From positions 248,001 through 312,000 of the forward strand of contig NIVC01000283.1 of assembly GCA_002269645.1 (NCBI GenBank): 64,000 nucleotides of DNA. Reading direction: 5' to 3'. The translations under genes and the position numbers were made by a program. Under the pieces are notes generated by a model. The model did not search any database, was not told the origin of the DNA, and saw only the letters and a list, made by a program, of their open reading frames with translations. The stretch comes from Macrostomum lignano (taxonomy: Eukaryota). Below, piece after piece: positions 34,821-46,883 of the stretch; position 1 is the stretch's first letter; each line of letters starts with the position of its first letter.

Positions 34821-35894
34821 ATGAGCTAATATAAAGCACAAAGTTTTGAGTTGAAAAAAGCCTATAAAAGATACAAAAATGTATCTATTTGTTTACTTTT
34901 GTTTTAATTAGACTTTTACTAGATTTTTAGTATTATAGCATAGCACAGTATTAGTGATCTAGCTAGGCCTAGATGTATTTGTCAATAAATATATGTAGGC
35001 CTTGTTGCATAAATTTGTTTTTTATAAAATAGAATAAATAAAATGGCAATGTCCAACATAGAGACATACCAGTTTAGTTCATGATATATAAGGCCTAGGC
35101 CTACTAAGAATACCAAGATACCTAGGCCCCTACCATACCAAGAATAGACAATGCTAACAGTAACAAATAGGGCCTACTATTTAGTTTTGCTTGATGAATT
35201 TTTATCATATTACTCAAAAGTTAAGACTTAGGGCTAGGCCGTGCGCTAGAGTCCTAAAACTTAAAAGCTTACACAATGCCAGGCTAGGCCTATGCAATTC
35301 ACTTATTTAGAAATAAGCCCTAGATCTAGTATTTTAACTCGTTTAAAGTATAGGCCGTAACCATAATAGTAGACGAAGATAGATAAGATTAAGTGCCTCA
35401 TCACAAAGACAAAAAATACAGCTTAGTTGTCAACTTACCTTATAGAAGTCTTGCTTGACCTCGGCTTCGTCAGAAACCATATTGAGAGGATGCTTTGAAG
35501 TAGTAGGGGCCGAGCAAGTAACCAAGACTTGCGCCTCTTTCATGTTGTGAGTATTTATCCAATTTACAATATGGCGGAAGCAGGGTTTTTAACGGAGCGA
35601 AATAATTCCGGAATCGGTCAAGGATTGAAATTTTTGTTTCAATGCAAAAATCGAAATTTTCTAGAGTATGGGGCTATAAAACTATACACATGTGACGTTG
35701 TCAGTTTAAGGTGGTCCCGAAAAGGGCCGTTGGACTGCTGGTTTTCCATAGTCATTCAACCCTTCAGTTTCACCGCTTCAACTAAACTTTTCCATTCGTT
35801 TATTGCGACGTTTACTTGTAGTAGTGCCCAACGATTTTGTGGCAATTTATAATTCATTGTATATTTTGCTATCCTCTCTCGCCACCGTATAAAA

Positions 35895-37248
35895 TTGGCA
35901 CGATCGATAATTTTAAGTTCTCTCGCCAGCCAATGAAATCACTCGTGTTCGCGCTACCCCCCTCTGCGCTCTTTTATTAAACCCCCCCGCCTGGCGGCGG
36001 GCACTCCACGCTCCCCTCGCTCTCTCTCGCTCCTCTCTCTCCGCTTGCTCCTTGTTTCCTTCCCTGCGGCCTCTTAGCTGTCTTATCTGTTTGTCTGGCT
36101 GCCTCGAGCCTCCTTATTTCTCACCACGGCCCTTCTGTCTGGGCCAGCCTGCTCACACACTTACTTGACTGTTTCACGCCACGACCGACGCCAACTTTCA
36201 CTGCCTTCACGGAGCTCATAGCCACTGCTCACGTCACGTCGCCATTGTGTCATTCGCCTGCCACTTGACTTCATATCCAAATTATATTCAACCCATTGCT
36301 GCAGCCGCCAGTGCCCAGAAAGCTATAGTCTGTTTATTGCCAGTAACAACCAACTTAATACTGATATTAACAATAAAGACAACTACGGCAGTTCCTGCCT
36401 TTATCGCCAAGTGCTCCGCTACAAAATCCGCTTTACAAGAATTGACTTCAACTTATTTTGGGACTAAAACGGCCCTTTTAAGGGTCACCGCATAGCTGGC
36501 CGCTACGCCAATAACGTGACAACACATTTACGAGTGGGATTGTGATGATTTATCCGGCAGACTCGAAAATTATTAACGAAGACAACACGGCAGAGGCAAA
36601 ATTTGTAGCGGTTGCACTTGATGATAGTACAACTGATGCGGGCAATGGCCGCAGTCTTGTTTATTGTAACAATATGAGAGGATAGTTAGGCTTGCTATTA
36701 TCAGTTCCGTCTGGGCGATCAACAGAGATAGGGCAGAGTGATTGCTAAATCCGTAAGGAATGCACTGGCGGCTACACAACAATAAGATAGATAATAGGCG
36801 ATAGAGTGAGTCGATGAGCCTGAGGCAATGGTGACGGTGTGATGGCGGTGAACGTGTGGTGGTGGTGACGGTGTGATGGTGGTGAACGTGTGGTGGCGGT
36901 GCTCGCAGCGAGAGCTCGTACAGACAGTAGAGGTGGCGTGACTGAGGCTTGGCGGAGGCGTGGTTTAGACCCGTGGCGGAGTGAGGCGGAGAGAGGAGGC
37001 AAGCAAACACGGAGTGCCGGGGTGGCAAGGGTCTAAGGAGCATAAGGCTGGCTAACGAGTAAACAAGAAAAAAGCAAGAGGCAAAGAAAGGGGAGAAAGG
37101 GGGAACACCCCGAGCGCCCCAGCCAGACAGGACTGATAAAGAGCGGGCTGGGGGTGGGTGCGCGCGGAGAACTTAATTTCAGGCTAACAATTTTTGCCCG
37201 GCTTTTCGATTGGCCGGCGAGAAAAACAGAAATTATCGATCGCCTACT
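35895..37248. mobile_element. Putative non-autonomous TIR element (MULE/foldback-like) with diverged terminal inverted repeats
   Basis: CGATCGATAATTT....TCTCGCC.GCCAAT.GAA at 35901+ and its reverse complement at 37205-37242. CT-rich tracts point inward from both ends. No TSD confirmed. Confidence 0.45.
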
Positions 37249-37540
37249 GTAATTAGGCTTACAAACGTACGCAAGTTATTTAAAATTCTTTGGTCACTAC
37301 TTTAAGCAGACGTGAGAGTACGGGACCATTAAATTGACAATATTACAGATTGGTAACGTATTTTAAAACGGCCCCTGACGGGGCTACTAAAATTGACAAC
37401 GTCACAGGGATCCCTATCTCCCCTTATCAATAGAGCTAGTAACACTAGCTCCGATGGCCAAAAATCGGTCTTTGGTGTAAGGACCACTGTACGTATACAG
37501 TTAATTTACAGTAGTCCTTTTTTTAATCTTTCGCATTTTG

Positions 37541-37640
37541 CCCCGAAAGTCTGCCTGCCGAAGTCTGCCCACTGAAGCTTGCCCGAGCGAAGTTTGCCAG
37601 CATGAATTTTGCCTGCTGAAGATTGTCCGCCGAAGATCCG
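37541..37640. repeat. Degenerate ~15-16-bp tandem repeat (GAAGTTTGCC...)
   Basis: About 7 imperfect units. Confidence 0.7.
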
Positions 37641-40487
37641 CCAAATGAAGTTTGCTCGCATTGATCATGCATTTCACATTGGAATTAAGTTTAACCAATA
37701 GTCTTAGCAAGAGCTCTATTCAATATTATGATGAGGACGCACTTTTTTCCAAATTTCACGTTCGCACATGGGCTCCAAACTTGTTGGCCTACAATTACAG
37801 CAGGCTATGAGCATTTTTCTCCTCTTTACTTAATTTTCCTTGAATGCATAATTTTGCCATACTTGTAGTCATAATAACATAGGTGCGGTTTTCCCTACTT
37901 TTGGAGTCATAAACCATTGCTTGTGAGCCTGTTTTGACAGCCACCTGCGCCTCACTCAGTGCTGAGGCAGGCGCCAGATGGTCGACTGAGCAGATGCGGG
38001 CGGTAGCTTTTTTCTCATCATTTTTGACAGGCCATCAGATTTATGAGGTCAGGGCCTGTTTCTTGTGTTCACTCAAGCGTGTGACAGCTCTGACAGCTAT
38101 GCGTTTTACCCCTAAAAGTATTAGCAATTTCTCTTCACCATCTTCACCTTCTACTTAATACAGTAAGATCTTTCTAATGCATTTTTTATTAATTTTTGTA
38201 ATTCCTACGCGAAAGGTCATAAAATCATCAATGTAGCCATTTTGAGTGATTTATGACAGCACCTGGAGTATTTTTATAGCTCCGAGGGAACTAATAGGAT
38301 CGTTTGGTCACGTGAGTTTGGGTCGCAACAAGCTCAGCCAATTAGAAGAAACTTCGACGTCAGTTATAACAAATCGGCTCAACCAATCAGCGTCGAGGTG
38401 TTCCATTTTAACAAACTGCGGTCCAGTTGGCGGCTATTTAAACCGATGTTTTTGGCCCGCTCGGACTCAACCCTCGTCCCCGTCCTGACTTAACCTTTTT
38501 GGACTCCCGGACTCATACCTCCGGAGTCATGACCGTCTCTTGATCCCCGGATTGCGACAACCCCCCCCCCGCTCATCATCAAGGACGAATCCCCCGGTCA
38601 ACGGCGTCGATCGACGAGTTTGAGACTATCACCTGCTATAGCTATCAGCAAAGAACTGTGACATCATCATCCCTAAGCCGATTCGCACTGTGGATTACCT
38701 GGTCTCCGGCTGTTGAGTTTCTGATTGGTTGGGTGAGAGGCTATACCTAGACTTGCTTGATTGCCAAGCTGCAGCGCCCGTCCATCATCCTGCGCCGGCG
38801 GCGACTTTAACTGGCGGGCCACGTGATCCGGGCCGATGGCTACTGCCCCAACCTGTTCAGGATGTCCTGCTGCTTACGTTGCAAGGGCCGTTCATGCGGT
38901 GTCAGGCCCAAACCCGTCGATGCGTGGACTGCCTCCTACGCGACGCCGGGGTGCCCGACACTGCCAACGGGGCGGACTTCGTCCGCTCTCAGGCTCTGCG
39001 GCGCGCCATCTGATGCACTCTGCTCTGTGACTTTGCTTGCGAAATTTTTTTTGTTGTTGTTTTTGTTGCAATGCAATGCAATGCCATCCCCGTATTGCTC
39101 CGTAGATAAAACTGGCAACTGCGCACTCCCCTAAGTACCACCAAAGGGACTAAACCTAACCAATGCTTGCGATTGCGCAACTGTTTGTCAACTATTCGGT
39201 CATGAAATGGAATTATTCGCTACATGTAAATGCTCCGATTAGTACTAAAAGTTACAAGGCAGCTTTGCCTGTGGGCGCTGGTATAGAACATATCCGTTTA
39301 TCCGTTTGCTGTAATGTCGATCGTTTTGAAACTCACCAGTGCTGATCGGCAAAGTGGGTCTCAGTTATTTATTTAGCACTGGCCTCATTAAAATAATGAT
39401 GATAAAGTTGCTGTTTTATTCTGAGACAATCCGCAGCCGATGCAATATTTATTTTTACACAAAAATTTTTTTGGCCAACATGCAAGTCAAAAGGCTGGTA
39501 TATGCTATTTAAATTTTAAACTCTAGCTATTTTAATTTAAATTGCAAATGTTAAAAAATATTCCAACATCGCCAGGACAGACAGACAAACCTTGCAGACT
39601 ACGAAAGTATCCCTTCTGACAAATACTGACATAATTGGACAATCAGATTTGATCTGCATGTTTTACCATGGTAAATACATGCTGCATGTACTGTACTGAC
39701 ATCTGTTCACAATCTGACCCATATTTTTATGTACAAACTTAGCAATAACGACTGACATATTTTAATGACGGAATTCAAACCTCCGTAGACAAAAATACAA
39801 ACTCCATATTGTAACTTGAAGATAAATTCAAAGGGTCTTAATTATTGCATTAATTACCTTTTACCAAGGATTAGTTATGCGTGAAAACCGATTGGCAAAC
39901 AATTCATCATGTTGACTTCTTAAGTGGAAGAATAGATAGTGCGATTTTTATTGGACGCTGGTTTTCCCAGAAAAGTGCATGGGCTAAATTTGAAGTTTTC
40001 AATAGAAATTGGTAACTGATGTCTGAAACCCTAAACTTACGAATTTTAAATACATCAGTTAATTTGATGCAATACTGCTTATTCCAGCAATGCAACAGCA
40101 ATATATACTCAGCAACATTGAAAAGCCGCCACTCTATGCGCCAGTCAGCAATTTCTCTTGGACTGCTCTGAAGTAAAATATACGAGAAAACTGATCGGGG
40201 TAGCTTTAATCCTTCCAACTCTCGCACACCACTCCCCAACTTCATTCCTCAACTCAAGTCTTCTTGATTGAGATATTGAGAGACTTTACCTGCACTCTCA
40301 AAAGTGACGACCACAGACGGAATGAGTATTTATTTACTCAATTTGCATTTGAGAAGTCCAGAAAGTAAGAAATTGGGTGCTCAGGTGCTAAAAGAACTGC
40401 AAACTTTCCATGTAAACTGGCCAATGCATTTTGCAGAGAAAACTTCATTAAACGGACTGTTATCGTACTTCTGCACTGACAGGCTGT

Positions 40488-43400
40488 TCACTTCTTCAAC
40501 GGTCTCTCCTCCTCCTGCAGAGCTCCGCAGTGGATGGTGTTGGTCAGCCTGGCAAATATGATGCTAGACGCTTGCAAAATGAATACGGTGCCCATGGCCA
40601 GGCTCAGGTAGCTGTAGATTCCTCCCATCAGGTGGGTGATGATTAGCACCGAGCTCATCAGGATGACGAATGCCAGGATAATGAAAATGCCGCGTATGAT
40701 GGCGAACACCCGCGACACCCGGCAGGCTTCGATGCAGCAAATCAGCATCTCCAGCACAATTGCGAGCAGGGTGCAGGCCAGCCCGATGAACACCATCACC
40801 TTGCTGGCGTAATAGCCTGCTTGGTTCTGGTCCGCCCAGCGACCGTTGCAGCCTGTTTGGTGGGAGGCATTGGGGTTTCCATTGAGAGGCATCGGGATTT
40901 CCATTGAGAGGCATTGGGGTTTCCATTGAGAGGCATCGGGATTTCCATTGAGAGGCATTGGGGTTTCCATTGAGAGGCATTGGGGTTTCCATTGAGAGGC
41001 ATCGGGATTTCCATTGAGAGGCATTGGGGTTTCCATTGAGAGGCATTGGGGTTTCCATTGAGAGGCATTGGGATTTCCATTGAGAGGCATTGGGGTTTCC
41101 ATTGAGAGGCATTGGGATTTCCATTGAGAGGCATTGGGGTTTCCATTGAGAGGCATTGGGATTTCCATTGAGAGGCATTGGGGTTTCCATTGAGAGGCAT
41201 TGGGGTTTCCATTGAGAGGCATTGGGATTTCCATTGAGAGGCATTGGGGTTTCCATTGAGAGGCATTGGGGTTTCCATTGAGAGGCATCGGGATTTCCAT
41301 TGAGAGGCATTGGGATTTCCATTGAGAGGCACTGGGGTTTCCATTGAGAGGCATTGGGGTTTCCATTGAGAGGCATTGAGGTTTCCATTGTGAGGAATCG
41401 GGATTTCCATTGAGAGGCATTGGGATTTCCATTGAGAGGCATTGGGATTTCCATTGAGATTCATTGGGATTTCCATTGAGAGGCATTGGGATTTCCATTT
41501 GAGAGGCATCGGGATTTTCATTTGAGGGGCATTGGGATTTCCATTGAGAGGCATTGGGATTTCCATTGAGATTCATTGGGATTTCCATTGAGAGGCATTG
41601 GGATTTCCATTTGAGAGGCATCGGGATTTTCATTTGAGGGGCATTGGGATTTCCATTGTGAGGCATTGGGATTTCCATTTGAGAGGCATCGGGATTTTCA
41701 TTTGAGAGGCATTGGGATTTCCATTGTGAGGCATTGGGATTTCCATTGAGAGGCATTGGGATTTCCATTGAGGGGCATTGGGTTTCCATTCATAGGCATT
41801 GGGGTTTCCATTGAGAGGCATTGGGATTTCCATTGATAGGCATTGGGATTTCCATTTGAGAGGCATTGGGATTTTCATTTGAGAGGCATTGGGATTTCCA
41901 TTGAGAGGCATTGGGATTTCCATTGAGGGGCATTGGGTTTCCATTCATAGGCATTGGGTTTCCATTCATAGGCATTGGGTTTCCATTCATAGGCATTGGG
42001 GTTTCCATTGAGAGGCATTGGGATTTCCATTGATAGGCATTGGGATTTCCATTTGAGAGGCATTAGGATTTCCATTGAGAGGCATTGGGATTTCCATTGA
42101 GAGGCATTGGGATTTCCATTGAGAGGCATTGGGATTTCCATTGGTAGGCATTGGGGTTTCCATTGATAGGCATTGGGATTTCCATTGAGAGGCATTGGGA
42201 TTTCCATTGAGAGGCATTGGGATTTCCATTGTGAGGCATTGGGATTTCCATTTGAGAGGCATCGGGATTTTCATTTGAGGGGCATTGGGATTTCCATTGT
42301 GAGGCATTGGGATTTCCATTGTGAGGCATTGGGATTTCCATTGAGAGGCATTGGGATTTCAATTGTGAGGCATTGGGATTTCCATTGTGAGGCATCGGGA
42401 TTTCCATTGTGAGGCATTGGGATTTCAATTGTGAGGCATCGGGATTTCCATTGTGAGGCATTGGGATTTCCATTGTGAGGCATTGGGATTTCCATTGAGA
42501 GGCATTGGGATTTCCATTGAGAGGCATTGGGGTTTCCATTTGAGAGGCATCGGGATTTTCATTTGAGGGGCATTGGGATTTCCATTGAGATTCATTGGGA
42601 TTTCCATTGAGAGGCATTGGGTTTCCATTGATAGGCATCGGGATTTCCATTGAGAGGCATTGGGATTTCCATTGAGAGGCATTGGGATTTCCATTGTGAG
42701 GCATTGGGATTTCCATTGTGAGGCATTGGGATTTCCATTGAGAGGCATTGGGATTTCCATTGAGAGGCATTGGGATTTCCATTGAGAGGCATTGGGATTT
42801 CAATTGAGAGGCATTGGGATTTCAATTGTGAGGCATTGGGATTTCCATTGTGAGGCATCGGGATTTCCATTGTGAGGCATTGGGATTTCAATTGTGAGGC
42901 ATCGGGATTTCCATTGTGAGGCATTGGGATTTCCATTGTGAGGCATTGGGATTTCCATTGAGAGGCATTGGGATTTCAATTGTGAGGCATTGGGATTTCC
43001 ATTGTGAGGCATTGGGATTTCCATTGATAGGCATTGGGATTTCCATTGTGAGGCATCGGGATTTTCATTTGAGGGGCATTGGGATTTCCATTGAGAGGCA
43101 TTGGGATTTCCATTGAGGGGCATTGGGTTTCCATTCATAGGCATTGGGGTTTCCATTGAGAGGCATTGGGATTTCCATTGATAGGCATTGGGATTTCCAT
43201 TTGAGAGGCATTGGGATTTCCATTGTGAGGCATCGGGATTTTCATTTGAGGGGCATTGGGATTTCCATTGAGAGGCATTGGGATTTCCATTGAGGGGCAT
43301 TGGGTTTCCATTCATAGGCATTGGGTTTCCATTCATAGGCATTGGGTTTCCATTCATAGGCATTGGGGTTTCCATTGAGAGGCATTGGGATTTCCATTGA

Positions 43401-44037
43401 TAGGCATTGGGATTTCCATTTGAGAGGCATTGGGATTTCCATTGAGAGGCATTGGGATTTCCATTGAGAGGCATTGGGATTTCCATTGAGGGGCATTGGG
43501 TTTCCATTCATAGGCATTGGGTTTCCATTCATAGGCATTGGGTTTCCATTCATAGGCATTGGGGTTTCCATTGAGAGGCATTGGGATTTCCATTGAGAGG
43601 CATTGGGATTTCCATTGGGAGGCATTGGGGTTTCCATTGGGAGGCATTGGGGTTTCCATTGGGAGGCATTGGGGTTTCCATTGGGAGGCATTGGGGTTTC
43701 CATTGGGAGGCATTGGGGTTTCCATTGGGAGGCATTGGGGTTTTACATTGAGAGGCATTGGGATTTCCATTAAGATGCATTAGGGTTTTCATTGTGAGGC
43801 ATTGAGATTTCAGTTTGATTGCCTTAATTGCCGAGGGATTGGGGATTTCCGACTTTGAGTCGGTTTTAGAACGCAGTTTAAAACACGCAAAACACACCCC
43901 AGACGGCAGCTCTCACCGCTATACAGACTTCCGTAGTTCTCGCAGCCCCAGTTATGCGTGAAGATGCCAAGGACGACCATGACGCTGCCGGAGATGAGGA
44001 ACACCAGCGTGATGGGGCAGAACATTGAGCACTCCAT
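40488..44037 (-). CDS. Claudin/PMP22-like four-TM protein, 161 aa; exons 44037-43917 and 40852-40488
   Basis: Spliced product MECSMFCPITLVFLISGSVMVVLGIFTHNWGCENYGSLYSGCNGRW...ERPLKK. Phase-1 donor G|GTGAGA and acceptor AAACAG|GC restore the frame. Four hydrophobic segments and a W..G(S)L..C first loop. Confidence 0.8.
40863..43805. repeat. 22-bp minisatellite, ~130 copies, intronic
   Basis: Unit GAGAGGCATTGGGATTTCCATT with 21-23-bp variants and recurring variant blocks. Confidence 0.97.
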
Positions 44038-44450
44038 GCTGCGGAATGCTTCTCCTTAAGCTTGCTTTGTGAAAGCTTATTATGGCAACTAGACACAACT
44101 ACTAAGGCAAGGCTATTCATACAGAGAAGCGTGGATCTATCGCGAGTGCAGTAGATCTTCGATATTGAGCAATCGATATTTTTTTCATTTTCAATTCCAC
44201 GCTCGCTTCAACTCTCCATTGTCTCTCCGTTCACAGGAAGGGGGAGGGGGTTGCCACGAAAGTCTAAAGCTTATTTCATATGAGAAAGAATTTTGAATAG
44301 AAAGGGGAGTTGTTGGTATATAGCATAAGCCTAGAAAGTGTCCACAGCTTATTGATCAAGTTTTCGGCAGTACAGTTTCAACTAAAGCTGAATGTTTTCC
44401 ACTGTCTCAGCCACTGTCGTTCCCTTGCTGTTCTCAAGGACGATGCAGAG

Positions 44451-44604
44451 CAGTATTCAGTATTCGTATTCAGTATTCAGTATTCAGTACTCAGTATTCA
44501 GTACTCAGTATTCAGTATTCAGTATTCAGTATTCAGTATTCAGTATTCAGTACTCAGTATTCAGTACTCAGTATTCAGTATTCAGTATTCAGTACTCAGT
44601 ATTC
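44451..44604. repeat. (CAGTATT/CAGTACT)n 7-bp microsatellite, ~21 copies
   Basis: Direct reading. Confidence 0.95.
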
Positions 44605-44654
44605 AATATTTGATACTAGAACCAATCTACGAATTTAAGGATTGGTGTGTGTGT

Positions 44655-46033
44655 ATCAGGAGAAACGATGCAGAGTGTCAGGAGAAACGATGCAGAGTGT
44701 CAGGAGAAACGATGCAGAGTGTCAGGAGAAACGATGGGAGTGTGTCGGGAGAAACGATCTACGAATCTACGAATCTACGAATTTAAGGATTGGTATGTGT
44801 GTGTCAAGAGAAACGATGCAGAGTGTCAGGAGAAACAATGCAGAGTGTCAGGAGAAATGATGCAGAGTGTTAGGAGAAACGATGGGAGTGTGTCGGGAGA
44901 AACGATGGGAGTGTGTCAGGAGAAACGATGGGAGTGTGTCAGGAGAAACGATGGGAGTGTGTCGGGAGAAACGATGGGACTGTGTCAGGAGAAGCAGTGC
45001 AGTGTGTCAGGAGAAACGATGGGAGTGTGTCGGGAGAAACGATGGGACTGTGTCAGGAGAAACGATGGGAGTGTGTCGGGAGAAGCAGTGCAGTGTGTCA
45101 GGAGAAACGATGGGAGTGTGTCGGGAGAAGCAGTGCAGTGTGTCAGGAGAAACGATGGGAGTGTGTCGGGAGAAGCAGTGCAGTGTGTCAGGAGAAACGA
45201 TGGGAGTGTGTCGGGAGAAACGATGGGACTGTGTCAGGAGAAGCAGTGCAGTGTGTCAGGAGAAACGATGGGAGTGTGTTAGGAGAAACGATGGGACTGT
45301 GTCAGGAGAAACGATGGGAGTGTGTCGGGAGAAACGATGGGACTGTGTCAGGAGAAGCAGTGCAGTGTGTCAGGAGAAACGATGGGAGTGTGTCAGGAGA
45401 AACGATGGGACTGTGCCAGGAGAAGCAGTGCAGTGTGTCAGGAGAAACGATGGGAGTGTGTCAGGAGAAGCAGTGCAGTGTGTCAGGAGAAACGATGGGA
45501 GTGTGTCGGGAGAAACGATGGGACTGTGTCAGGAGAAACGATGGGAGTGTGTCGGGAGAAGCAGTGCAGTGTGTCAGGAGAAACGATGGGAGTGTGTCGG
45601 GAGAAGCAGTGCAGTGTGTCAGGAGAAACGATGGGAGTGTGTCGGGAGAAACGATGGGACTGTGTCAGGAGAAGCAGTGCAGTGTGTCAGGAGAAACGAT
45701 GGGAGTGTGTCAGGAGAAACGATGGGACTGTGTCAGGAGAAGCAGTGCAGTGTGTCAGGAGAAACGATGGGAGTGTGTCGGGAGAAACGATGGGACTGTG
45801 TCAGGAGAAACGATGGGAGTGTGTCGGGAGAAGCAGTGCAGTGTGTCAGGAGAAACGATGGGAGTGTGTCAGGAGAAACGATGGGAGTGTGTCAGGAGAA
45901 ACGATGGGACTGTGCCAGGAGAAGCAGTGCAGTGTGTCAGGAGAAACGATGGGAGTGTGTCAGGAGAAGCAGTGCAGTGTGTCAGGAGAAACGATGGGAG
46001 TGTGTCAGGGGAAACGATGGAGTGTCAGGAGAA
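44655..46033. repeat. 22/23-bp compound minisatellite, ~60 units
   Basis: Alternating AGGAGAAACGATGGGA(G/C)TGTGTC (23 bp) and AGGAGAAGCAGTGCAGTGTGTC (22 bp), with short ACGAATCT repeats at the 5' edge. Confidence 0.96.
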
Positions 46034-46467
46034 CAAGTACACTTTCAGAAGAAATAAAATGCATGAGCTGTCAGGTCACATCTACAATACTTGCAAAACT
46101 ACTGTGCATTATTGGTTCAATAGCTGAGTTCAACTTGTACACGTTGTCGATGCCATATACCAAGTAGCCAACTGGTGTTCGGTTAGTGAGCCAGTAGTTG
46201 CACAAAACAAATTTAATGAGCATCGCTAATATAACAGCAAATACAGAAGGATTTATTGTTATTTTACGTGAGAGACTTACCTGCTGACTTAAAAAGTAAT
46301 TTCGGGGTGCGGGGAATCTGAGAATTTGCCACCTGATACTGATGCTTTTTCTAGTAGAAAATTACATAAAAATGAGCTGAATGACGGCCATAAAAGGCAG
46401 AATCGAAGGAAGGATAGAGGCGTCTTCGAGTTCAAATCAAGCTTCATCTAGAACCCCTGCAACCGCG

Positions 46468-46552
46468 ATGGCCATCCGACTTTTTCTGCTGGCGTGTGTG
46501 CTGGCAGTTGGTGTTCAGCTGACTGTCGGCATGGAGCTGCACAGGCAGAAGA
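46468..46552 (+). other. Signal-peptide exon paralogous to exon 1 of the downstream lipase gene; downstream exon unresolved
   Basis: MAIRLFLLACVLAVGVQLTVGMELHRQK plus a phase-1 GT donor, versus MRVLALICVLALCNQWAVGMDLRRQT plus a phase-1 donor at 58466. Both have an AA(C/T)CGCGATG context. Confidence 0.6.
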
Positions 46553-46883
46553 GTGAATTGCATTTACGACTTTACTCTATCCCTTTCTAGGAAAACAAAA
46601 CTGGCAAAATGATATAGACTCGTCACGGTCATGTATTTTGATATGACGTGACTATAATATTGATATTATTTTAATTGCATATGCAGTTTGACGCGTTTTG
46701 TTTTATCTATGGACTAAATGAAGCTGCAAAACAGGCTTGGGTTAAAAGCCCGCTGTGAGAATGTGAAATAAAGAGAAATAAGAGCAAGACTAAGAACCTT
46801 GGAGCAGCGTAAAAGTCTGCTATGATATCAGCACTAATAACTAGCGTCTTAAGCATATTGAAGTAACCTGAGAAAACATAACA

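Noticed and set aside
38232-39130. Solo LTR or promoter-like block (TGTAGCC start, CCAAT boxes, TATTTAAA)
   Set aside because: Could not identify a matching end, TSD or recognisable ORF.
40564-43897. Many long minus-strand ORFs (MEIPMPLNGNPNASQWKSQCLS)n
   Set aside because: They are by-products of a stop-free 22-bp repeat (3 units = 22 codons) inside an intron. Only the non-repetitive ends are coding.
40863-46033. CRISPR-like array interpretation
   Set aside because: Units are contiguous with no unique spacers, the context is eukaryotic, and no cas genes are present.
44647-46167. Long plus-strand ORFs of 280-400 aa
   Set aside because: All three frames are open because the repeat units lack stops. 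There is no unique coding content.
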